This document shows positions 1 to 12,100 of a stretch of 64,000 nt of DNA, one piece after another. Source of the stretch: Orbicella franksi (Eukaryota). The position numbers and the translations under genes are program-made. The stretch is from contig OZ116712.1 of NCBI GenBank assembly GCA_964199315.1, positions 6,014,001 to 6,078,000 on the forward strand, written 5' to 3'. Position 1 is the first letter of the stretch. Every line of letters begins with the position of its first letter. The notes under the pieces are model-generated. The model saw nothing but the letters and a program-made list of their open reading frames with translations. It searched no databases and had not been told where the DNA came from.

Positions 1-191
1 ATACTTAGTACAATTAAATCAAATTCACATCAAATTTAATTGGTGCTTAACTTCTTACAAAATACATCAGATAATCTTACCTTACCCCTTGCTATGTTCA
101 GTTTTTAAAAGCTCTTATTACTGCCAGGTTGTGCAAAGTGACCTTCATGTATTTTCAGTTTTTGATAACCTTGTTGATTATGAAATGGCAG

Positions 192-3100
192 GAAAAGAAC
201 CCTAAGACGGATCAAGTCACTCAGAGTTCAAAAACACGAGATGGTGATGCCAGCCCCGTCAGCCCAGCTAAAGAAATTCCCACTCTTCAGAGGAAACATT
301 CAGGGAATGCTGTTGCAACATTTCTGCCATCCTCACCCAAGAAAACTGATGGAATACCATCAGGACACAGCATCATGAGACGCCGGCGGAGCTCTGAAGG
401 TTTGACTGACGAGTCTTTCACAGGGACACGAGTGATAAACTTTAGCAACAGAGGGGAACGTGTGGTACATTGTGGAAAATGTCTTGGTGAGTTTGAATTT
501 CGACTGTTCACAGCCATTGATGCTCAAATTATAAAATTATATTTCTCCTGTTATTGAATGCACGAAAAGAGTTGTGAGAGAACTGGAGGAAAGCACAATA
601 GTGGACACGCAAGGGGGTCATTTGGGTTGCGGTGAGAAGCAAGGAAAATAGGTTGCGTTTAATCATCTGAGTTGGACAAAAGTGAATTCCTTTTTCTCCA
701 GGATCAAGGAATTCCAACTGGTTGAAAGTAGGCAACTCTTTGTCATCACCTTGACAACAGTCAGAAATTCAATCATGAATACATCATTAACCATGTTCCA
801 AGGCAGTTCATACCTGCTGAATGTTTTTAACACGCAGTTCACACCTGGTGATGTTTTTAAAGCGATAAGTGCGTTGTGTAAATGACAAACTCATGTAAAT
901 CAGCACCAACTGGATAAACTGGTTAAACTGGATTTTTGCCTGCTTGATTATAGGTCAGGGGTCATCTGGTTCAAGAGTTTACAGTGCCATGGACATCACT
1001 ATTGGTGATCTAGTAGTGATGTGTGAGTGGAGTTTGTCTCCACATCAAGCGGGCACCAGACGTACTCTGAGCATCACTGATAACCAGCAGCAGGACCTGC
1101 AAGGAAGACTTATGAAACAGGTTTGACTGGAAAGCTACAATGGGCGACAAAAGACAAATGCGACACTTTTCGAAAATGACGCTTTTCGATATTTAATCTC
1201 TTATTCTATTTTATTTGCATCCAGCGTTAATTCTCTGATACCCGCGGTCCCCCAGTTCAATGTTGTGTAGGTGCTGTGGTCTGTGCAGTCTCAGAAATAG
1301 AAAAATCAACATTGTTTGCGGGGGAAAATCGAATCTTTACTTACTGCAAAGTGTCTTAACGCTTTTGTCGCTTATTGTAGGTGTATGATATGCTCACTAA
1401 CGGTTGGCGCACACTAGGGGACATTTTGCGGGGATGTGAAGGAACAAAATGGCCTCAATTGTTATTGTTGCATAGCATCAGCTTGCGTGCGGTCCCTGCA
1501 GTATGTGTCCCATGCGCATAGACGTAGCGCACCGTTTGTATGCATAGGACACTTGTTGCAGGGAGAGTACACAAGCTGGTGCACATTAAGTATTAGGGAG
1601 GTTAAGAAAACCTCGACGGCAATGGCAACTTCGCTAAAGAAAAGGTTTAATGAGGATAACAATGGTTGTACACGTGCGTTATAATTCTTGGTACATTGAT
1701 TTCTTTGCCGTCCTCTGCAAAACAACAACGTGAAATGATCAAATTCTGCGTTGTCTGGAGAACGTGAACCACGACGGCTAATTTTTTAAATTTTTATTTC
1801 GAATTTATCCATGTGTCAGATTCAGTTTCGTGATAGCTTTGATAGCGATAAACAAAGTGTATGACTTTAGAATACCGCGAGATTCGCAGGTAAAATATAA
1901 AATGACTTTTTAATCGACGTTGTCCTCGGCGTCGCCGTCGTGGTTTCTTAAGGTCCCTAATTTTCTCGCGCGCGATTAGTCCTCAAGAGGAACGCCAGGC
2001 TGGAGCGCTTTTCCAGTCCCTTGGCACCTCATGATTTCTATTTTGCTTGCCTGATGGCACGATCCTTACAGGGACCACTGAACCACGATATCATCGAATC
2101 AGATTTCGCATCTAGGGCCGTAGCTAGAAAAAAATTATGACTTCGGCAGTGACCATGAAAAAAAAACAACAAATGTATGACTGACGCAGTGTCCATGGTT
2201 TAATTCTTTTCCAAGGTATTAAGGGTGTTTACGATGAGTATAAACGACAAAAACGAGTTAGAGCGAGCTAATTAGAGCGAGCATCATAAGCTTGCAAGGC
2301 TACAGCCGTATGAAGCTAGTAGCCTGTAGATAAATGACAAACTTTCGTGTTTACGTGGAGTGTACCTTTGTTAATTGTTATAGACCTACTGTCATTGTTT
2401 TCTTCCGTTGGTAGGTTTCCAGTATCGAGCAGGAGATTTTGTCCCTAATTAACAGAGTTAGTCATCCCAATCTGACTCATTACTTAGCTGTAAATGTCCA
2501 AGACTCCGCCCCTACTGTTAACGTCCAGGTAATGAGCAGTAGGTAGATTGTAATTTTAATTTTCCTCTACCCTTTTGTAGCAAGTTCAGATGGCCAGGGT
2601 TATTGATCTTCCAAGATGTATTTTGGTGAGCGAACACCATCTTGGATTCAAACACGGACTTCCGCATGAAAATGTCGAACTTGATAGTTATACAAATGTT
2701 ACGCTTAAGAGGTTGAAGACCACATGATTTCACGTGTTTATTTCTAACTATTCAGTGTCATATACAAAGAATCAGTAAATGCTGGTAAGATATGAAATGC
2801 ATTGTAGTTATACTATTCTATTATAGCGCTTTGTCATTAAAGATTGAAATTGTATCTGAGCTCGGACGAGTCTCGTAGTGTAAATGAACACCGTACACGT
2901 AGCCGAAGAGGCCTGGGGAGAGACAAGAAAGAATCCTAGGGAGTTGGAGTGAGGCTGAAAAAGGAGTAAGGGGGAGGGGGAGGGGGGGGAAAAAGACGGC
3001 GTAAGTGTTTGCTGCTAACAATCAATCTTGTTGTAGCGCAAGAGGAAAAATTATTGTACTGGTAAGGAAAAGCAATTAAACACCTTAAGTTGCTTTGAAT

Positions 3101-6100
3101 GGGAAAATAAATCTCAAAACGACTTACAACGGTCAGTCAAATAAATATACTTCTTCTTCTCTTTCATGCAGGTTTTGGCGGAGTATGTCGGCGGTGGAGA
3201 TCTCGGTCTCCACCTAAGAAATGGAGGTCTGCCGTTAGCGCAGCTGCGAGAGTACACACATCAGCTTGTGGAGGCCCTTTGCTATCTTCATGGCAAGGCT
3301 GTGGTACATAAAGATTTGAGGGTGTGTACCATGCACATGCGCTGTTTTCAGTTTGTTATTACGGAGCTTAAAGGAGCTCAGTCACGTCACGCGGTCCCAT
3401 CCCGAGGGCGTCAAATCTTTTCTTTCAGTTCAAATCTAAACGTAATGTATACGCTGTTTCCCTTTTTCGCAGTTGACAAGTTGCCGTCTGGACTCGGATG
3501 GGAATTTAAGACTTGCTGACTACAGCGTGGGAAAAAGGTAAGCGTCTCTCGTCATTTGTATATCTCATTCCTCTTGTCACTTGGTTGCTCTTCAAACGGG
3601 TTTTAGTGAGTTGAAACGATTGTGTGCAGCTACATGTACCACTATTTGCGTTTCTACTGACATAACAATATATACAACAGGCTTTTGGCAGAAAGCACCC
3701 GACTTCACCTTTCGAAGCAAAGGTAAAAACGTTTCCTTGCAAACTCTTACGAAAACCGTAGATTCGAAGTAAAATAACGTTCATAGAAAAGAGTCATCAC
3801 ACAAATTGGGACCCGTTTTCGTAGTATAGGTTAGTGTAGTCTGTGTCAAACAATAGTTTTGACATAAAAACCGCCAATTGCCTTAAGATTGGAACTAAAA
3901 GTTGACTTAAAATATTTTAGGCTGTCGGATTTGTATCAAGTTTATGGTGGTAACACGAAGGACGTGCAAAGTAATACAGGTGAAGAAAACAAAACAACTT
4001 CACGTTATGGAAAAACCGGCGACATTTACAGTTTGGTAAGTTGAGACGTGTTTCTGTTAGAATAAAAATAAGAGCTACAGTACCAGAACAACAGAAATAT
4101 CAGCCTTTAGCTGAGCAAGACTGGAAAGCTTAAATTCCACGAACAGCCCGTGTTTCCTCCAAGCCGAGCGCAACGCGAAAGAAGGAGTGAAGGAATACAG
4201 GCCGCACTTTCTTTGGTATCATACTCGGCAGACTTAGAGAAACAAAGGGCTTCTCATGTAGGCAGCTCGAGCTTGGTTGAGAATGTAGTTTGTTTTGATA
4301 ATCTGCTAATGTGGTTAATGAGACTTTTATTATTTGCAACTTAATGACCGAAAAGGAGCTGTAGAAACTTAAGATCTTATATTCAACTGAGAATAGAATA
4401 TACTACTTGGCTGATTTAAGTTATTTTGCCTTTAGTCATGTGTCGAGACAATGTCCTGAGTTAAAGAATTTTGACTAAGATGCAAAACATACTTTGAATT
4501 TAACTCCTCTCGCGGACACTCTCACGAAGATTGATGTCGTAGTCTGTTTCCCTCGCCAATGAAAGCCACTGCAGTGCTGTTGCTATTATTGCAAGTGAAT
4601 TCTGCACGGATCTCGATGCGTTCGAGCCGCAAGGGACCAAGACCAAAGGACGATGCACTTCCAGTATGGTCCTTGCACGTGGTTATAATAAGAAAGAGAT
4701 GTATATGCATTAGGTTCTCAGTTTGGTGGTGGGATTAAACTATACAGTTATTATATGCTGTGTAGCTAAGTAATGGAAGTTTTTTGTGTGTAGGGTCTAC
4801 TTGTGCTTTCTTTGGCTCTTGGAGAAGTGATCACAGGAGACGTGAAGGAAATACCGACTTCTTTGCCATCAGAATTACGTGACTTCCTTTCAAAGTAAGT
4901 GTTTCGTTCGTTCGTTCGTTCGTTCGTTCGTTCGTTCGTTCGTTCGTTCGTTCGTTCGTTCGTTCGTTCGTTCGTTCGTTCGTTCGTTCGCTCGTTCGTT
5001 CATTTGTTAGTAGAACATTTCGAAATTTAAATGGTTTGATAAAGTACGTAAGAAGTCTTACCGTTTCAAGGTGGCTCCGTTTTTAATTTGGGCGCACTCT
5101 TCTTTTGAGTCATAACAATTTCGGCTTTTTCTCGCGATGTGCACTATGGCCAAGACTCGAACCCAGGCAACTCGAACCCGGCCACTCGAACCCAGGCCAC
5201 TCGAACCCAAGCCACTCGATCCGGTTTCCAACGCCGTTTCCATCGCGTCTCCGTTTCCATCCGTTTTCATTCGTTTCCATCGCGTCTCCCATAGATCCAC
5301 ATTAAGTGAGTGCGAAATAGTCATTTCCTAGTTGTTAATATCTTCCACAGTTGCCTAAAGGCTGACGAAAGAAATCGCTGGTCCGCTTCTCAATTACTGG
5401 AACACTCCTTCATAACTCCAGTTATTTCCAATGGCTTGCCAAATGGCCATCAAGACGCAGTCAGAAACAATGGTATCGTAGGGGATGACGGGCCATCATT
5501 CCTAGTTGACCAGCCAGAGCGTGAGGAGCCTGTGCCCGACTTTTCATTTTTTTCGGGTGTTCCTGGGAAATCTCGCGTCAAGTGCGAGTTTGAAGAGCTG
5601 CAGTTTCTTGGCAAGGGAGGCTTTGGCAATGTCATTAAGGTTGGTGCACTTTTTGTTGTTATTAAAGGAACGAAAACGGGAGTGATCAGCCCAAAAGTTT
5701 AAAGGAGCTCAGTCACCGTTTTTTAGTTATTTTTCCCACCTAGAAAATTGCCTTTAGATTGAAGGAAACCTGAAAATACTAGTTTAAGATTGCAAAACAC
5801 AAAACATAAGAGAATAAACCAAAACGGAACAAGGATGGTTAAGGATAGAGAAGATTAACACGGATTACAAACGAAGAACTTGAGAAATTTAGGCTAAACA
5901 TTTCAAGATGCACTGTGACATAGCTCCTTTGAGGCCCTTCTATACTGATAGGTGTGCGTTTCCCGCTTTTGATGAACCTCATTCCCAAGGTCTCTCCAGA
6001 GGGCGGGAAGAGAGACCCTGGGAACCAGGTTGATTTTTGATGAGTTTTCACGTATTGTGCAAACCCAGGCTCTGCCCTCACTAATGTGTTTTCCTTTGAT

Positions 6101-9100
6101 TCCTTTTGCACTAGGTGCGCAATAAACTTGACAACGGCTTGTACGCTGTGAAACGGATTCCTCTCAACCCCAACAGTTCCCAGTTCACCAAGAGGATCAT
6201 GCGCGAAGTGCAGCTGATTTCCCGCCTTAATCACGAGAATGTTGTCAGGTCAGCGGCTTTGTCTTAGGACCCTACTGAGAGAGGGACAAGTACTTAAGTC
6301 ACAGAAATGCTCCTTGCCGCTCTAAGTTTCGAACTGTTTGTTATTCGTATAATCCTTCCACAGTTTTGACTTTTTTTGGTTGTAATTATTATTCATTAAT
6401 TATAATAATTAATTGATGATAATTAATGACTTAATTAATAATTTGTTATACTTAATTAGGTCATTAATTTTTGATTTATTATAATTATGATTAGTAATTA
6501 ATTATATTTGTAATGAATTATTTAAAGGGTACGGTTACTTTATTAGCCCTGCTTCCTCTGTGGAATCATTCGATATTTTGCGCTAGATCTTTTTTTCCTG
6601 CCCTACAGGACGCATACTAGTTGTATTGGGTATTTTGGGACTGTTTTGCGTAAAGGACTCCGACTTGATTTGTTAATAACGTTAGTTTGGTCTTTTGCTC
6701 GTAGGTACTACAACTCTTGGATCGAAAACGCCGAAGAACAAGAAGGCGAGAAAACTCAATCAGTAGATGACAAAGCCGCCCAAAACCTCCCTTCTGCTGT
6801 ATCTTGTGAAGACAGCCTCCTAAAGCTAAACCAGATCGAAGCACCGAGCGTAAGAAGTAATGAAAACAATGTAGAAGATTCTTGGTGGCAAGAAGGCGAG
6901 GAACCAGATCAGAATGGAGCGGACTCGTCGTCCAGTGGATCGCAGGAATCGTTTCGTAGCCCAAGCAAAACCGCCTCATCTAAGAGTCACAGCGTCTCAT
7001 TTTTTAGCAGTAAATCGGAATCGTCTGAAGGTGTGGTGTTTATGGGAAATGCTGATGAATCTGTTCTTCAGTTTGGAGACCTATTGGATACAGAGGTATA
7101 GCTATTGCGGCTAGAGTTAACGTGTGACATTTAATTTCTGTGGATCTTTGTTTACAATATTTGCCTCATTAGTTACAGAAACATGAGTTCTGAATATTGA
7201 AAGGACGCAGCACGATTAACTGTCCCAAGGAATTTGAGCCGCGGATTTGATACTCAAAATTTTACAAAGAATGTATCAGCTCATTAGCGCTTTTCCCACC
7301 CAGAAATTTTGCAGCTTTTGAAAGCCGATTTCTACTCGAATATTACATCCAAGTTGACAAAGGATCTTCATCTGATTCATCACTCTCGCAACTTGTGTGG
7401 ACTTTCCTGCAGTATACATTGTTCTCACATTCCAGTTCCCTATTCTAATCTGAGTCCTTGGGGTCATTAGTGGTTTGTTCAGCTCCTGAGCATCCTCTCG
7501 GCTTTGGCTCAAGGGCGTCATACTTTGCCTACCTAAGCAAGGTACCACATTGGCCCCAAGAGAAGGTTGCCTTCGAGTGTTTAAGGTTTCTGTAATCTGC
7601 TTTGTTTTATGGGGGCGGGTGATTGACCCACCGCCCAACCCCCAACCTGGAGGACCAAGTTGACAAAACTTTCACCAATTCGAAACCAATTCAATGAGTC
7701 AATTCGTGTCTAGCGTGATGCCTTTCCTGCGCTAAGTCGTATGTTAACGAGGAAAAATGTAAACAGAGACGCCAGCAAAGATGCTGCTATTGTCACGACT
7801 GTCGCGAGTTTTCCAAAGATATTTAAAGGAGCTATATCACAGTTTGCGCATATTTTAAACTTAAGCCTAAATTTCAAGTTCGACGTTTATAATTCGTGTT
7901 AATCTTCATTCTTAACCATCCTTTTTTTCTTTATCTCTTTAGTGTTTTTTTTATCTTAGTTAACTATAATTTCAGGTTTCCTTCAATTTAAAGGTAGTTT
8001 TGTACGTGGCCGAAATATTTCAAAATACCGTGACTGAGCTTCTTTGATCAGTATCTCTGGGGAAAATTGTCTTCGGGGCAACGGGCACGAATCGCAGCGA
8101 TTAACGTGTAAAATTGCCTAGTGTGTCATCCCCCATTACGTTGGCATGGTTAATTTTTGAATTACCTATTGTCTAACCTCTTTGTTTCTCCATGCAGTAG
8201 AAATGTTTCATAGTAAATCGGGAAAAGTCACATTTTGAACTTGGAACTACAAGAGAACAAACAGTTAACAACTATTAGACGAGGTTGAGCAAAATATCGT
8301 TATTTGTCAGTGGCGAGCAGATCAAGACACTGACAAATAACAATATTCAATTTGCGATACCCGAGTTCAATAATTGTTTTATCATTCGATCAACAAGTTT
8401 TTTCATATTTAAATCACTCTCTGACAGCTCAGGGAAGCGATCGGCCATTTTTCTCTCAAGAGTGTGATTACAATTTCACATGAGCAGAATATTATTTGAA
8501 GCAAAACACATTTAGACGGTATTAAGAATGAGCAGACCATTATTTGTGAACAGTTATTTGCAGGTCACGTGGTGAGCTCTCGGCTAATGAAAAGAAAGAA
8601 AAAAATGTATTGAATGATAATTCTTCTTGTCTCTCCTCAGTCAGATGATTCTGACGACGGAGTGGAATGGCAAGAGACTGGAACCGAGTCCAGTACGGAA
8701 AACGTAGGACTGCAGTATTTGTACATCCAGATGGAATACTGCGAGAAAAGCACCTTGAGGAACCTTATTGATGAGGGCTTGCATCAGGATAAGGACCGAG
8801 TGTGGAGGCTCTTTAGAGAGATCGTTGAGGGACTGGCCCATATTCACACGCAGGTGATTTTAGGGTTCAAGGAGCCACGTAACAGTTTGCACGTTTTGAA
8901 AAGTTTAGCCTAAATTTTACAAGTTCGTCGTTTTTAATCCGTGTTAATCTTCTCCATCCTCAACCATCCTTGTCACTTTATGGTATATTATTTTCTCTTA
9001 GTAAACTGCTATTTTCAGGTTTCCTTCAATTAAAAGGTATGTTTTTACGTGGCCAAAATAACTCAAAATGCCATAACTGAGCTTCTTTAAACAGAACAAG

Positions 9101-12100
9101 TAGTTTGGTGGCATGCACAATTCAATTTTCACTTGCATAATCTGACTTGGACGTAGTAGGAAGCTATCTCAACTCGATCATTTTGTTATGGAATTTCAAA
9201 TGATTGACTACTCGCGAAATACCTTGATAATTTTTTGTTTTTGTTTTTAACTTTTGAAACAGGGAATCATTCATCGAGACCTCAAGCCCGTTAACTTGTT
9301 CCTAGATTCTCACGGCCGCATTAAAATCGGCGACTTCGGCCTCGCAACCACGCACGGTATGACACGAGGAGGCATGGGCCCTGATTTACCAGATTCAGTT
9401 GACAAGACCCAGTCTTCCAAGAGCAGCTCGACCACCAAAGAAAGCATGACGGGTAAAGTCGGCACGGCGTTGTATGTGGCACCGGAGCTGGGTAACCGCC
9501 CCGGCGTACGAGTGAAATACAGTCAAAAGGTTGACCTGTATAGCTTAGGGATTATCTTCTTCGAGATGTGTTACAAGCCTCTGACGACCTCGATGGAGAG
9601 AGTTAAAGTTTTAGGCAACCTTCGAACGGTATGTTGTTGCATAATGAGCTTCCTCGCGGCGGCCATGCTGGTATTTGCATCAAAGGATGACAGTTTTATT
9701 GTTTGGGACAAGAATATAGCCCCGAGGGTCAGAAAAATGCTCTGTTGTAAGAGATCGTTCAGTTTGAGGTTATATCATTTCTGCATTGTGATCAAAATCT
9801 CCCCATTAACCCGAAGACCAGCTTAAGTCTGTGGATGAAACCCTAGTGTGTGACCATTCAAATGAAAGCTATTGAGCAGTACTTTCATGTGGTACTGTTT
9901 ATTATGCTGTACAAGGTGATTCTAACTTTTAAGTCTGTGGATGAAACCCTGGTGTGTGACCATTCAAATGAAAGCTATTGAGCAGTACTTTCATGTGGTA
10001 CTGTTTATTATGCTGTACAAGGTGATTCTAACTTTTAAGTCTGTGGATGAAACCCTGGTGTGTGACCATTCAAATGAAAGCTATTGAGCAGAACTTTCAT
10101 GTGGTACTGTACAATGTAGTCTAACTGTTCAGTCCTGAGATTGCTGTTCGTGTCTGATTCTCTGAAGAACTTCAATTTAGGTTATCTCGATTTGTATCTA
10201 TCTACGCATAGTTTCTGTTTTATTTTTATTTAAATCCGAAGTTTTCTCTCACTTATAAATCAGTTCATCGGTTTTTTTTTCTTTCATTTCATTTCAGGAA
10301 CGAATCATTTTCCCGGGAGAGTTTGACCACAAGCGCCTCGCGAAAGAAACGATCGTCCTCAAATGGCTTCTGAAGCACAACCCCGAGGAGCGTCCCACCT
10401 CCCAAGAGCTCCTTCAAAGCCAGTACATACCCCCCAAGATCGAAGACGGCCAGTTGGACGAGGTACTTAAACACACGCTTGCATCAACAAACTCTACTCG
10501 CTACCAGCGACTGATGAAAGCCATGTTCTCTCAACATGTCTCGTCAGTTAAGGACGTTACGTACGATATTGACGTCTACGCTGGGCAGGTGTCTCCATGC
10601 GCGATCCTTGCGCAGCAAATGGTTCACGAAAACGTGAAGTCCGTTTTCCTGCGGCACGGCGCGTTGCGGTTGAGGACGTCGCTGCTCGCGCCTCGCACGA
10701 AGCTATTTGAGCAGCTGGAACTTGCGGTTAATGTTATGGATCACAGTGGCACGCTTGTCACGCTTCCGTACGATCTCAGGGTACCGTTCGCGCGTTATGT
10801 CGCGCGAAACGGCATTGTGCACATGAAGAGGTTTGACATCGGCTGCGTGTACCGTGATAAGCGAATTCTGGGTTCGCATCCCAAAGAATTGTACGAATGC
10901 GTCTTTGATATCGTGACCGGTACACCGGAAAACCTCGTTCCCGACGCCGAGGTGCTTCTGTCGGTGGCCGAGATTATCCGAGAGTTTCCGTCGCTGAATT
11001 CTCGTAATTACTACATCAGAGTGAATCACGCTGCTCTCATGAAATGTTATTTGGCTTCCGTGGGCATCTCGGACGAGAGACAGTTGGAATTACTAGCGAT
11101 TCTTCAAGAGATTCGCAGCGAAAAAGACAGAAATGTTCAAATCCACGCGTTCGTCGAGAGCTTGCAGCTCAGCGAACACACAGCTACTGCGCTGTATGAC
11201 TTTTTGGACTTCGAAGGCCCTGTAAAAAAGTTGCGAGAGCACCTAATCGGGACCATGAAGCGAAAAACTTGGGTCGGCCAGGCTGCGCGCCAGTCGTTTC
11301 ACGATCTCGAAGAGATCGCGTCGCACGTTGAAGCGTTTGGAATCGATTTACCCGTGGTCGTTGATACTTCCATGGTGTACAACTTCAATCATTTCTCGGG
11401 GTTGATTTTTCAGTTTGTGGCTGCGAACAAACGGAAGCGGAAGCGAGGTGGTGTTGACATTCTCGCCGCGGGTGGTCGATACGACAAGCTGATAAGTCAC
11501 TTCCGGCGAGGAGCAGAAGCTGCTCACCCCTCCCCTGGTGCGGTGGGTGTGAGTATCGCCATCGAGAAAATAGTCGCAGCTGTTCTGGAGGACGAAGAGG
11601 ACACGATTCCCAGCGCCTATGACGTCTTTGTGTGTTCTGCGGGACACAATCCTATGTTGGCTGAGCGCATGCGTATCGCGCGTGATTTGTGGAAGGCTGG
11701 GATCCGGGCAACAATTTGTTATGATTCTAAGGACATGATTCCTCTGGAGGAACTGCAGGAGTTTTGTAAGCAAGGAGGAATTCAACATATGGTGGTTTTA
11801 AAAGAACAAGAAACAGGCAGTGTCAGGGTAAGTCAAATAAATGAAGTTTATTTTGGTTTATTTGTCTTTCAGTTGGATTCCTGGAGTACTTAAGAGGTAT
11901 TTTAATTACAGAATTACTTGGCAGCAGATGTAAGAGGAAAAAAAATGGCGGTTCGGTGGCAGAACACTCAAACAGTGGCAAGCGCGCGAGAATGTGTAAC
12001 TGGTGGGAAGCGCGGTAAAATATTTCCCAAACCTGGCCCTTCCAGCTGCTTAACGCGGGAAAGCATCTTGTCCATAGCTAGCCCTAGCCCTAGAATCTTA

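Noticed and set aside
5058-5331. Four overlapping repetitive ORFs (GSSGL, RPLEP, FEWPG repeats)
   Set aside because: Translations of a non-coding 15-bp tandem repeat inside an intron.
10703-11788. Antisense ORFs over the large GCN2 exon, and similar shadows over the P450, LamG, Penelope and LURP-like ORFs
   Set aside because: Expected shadow ORFs on the opposite strand of GC-richer coding sequence.
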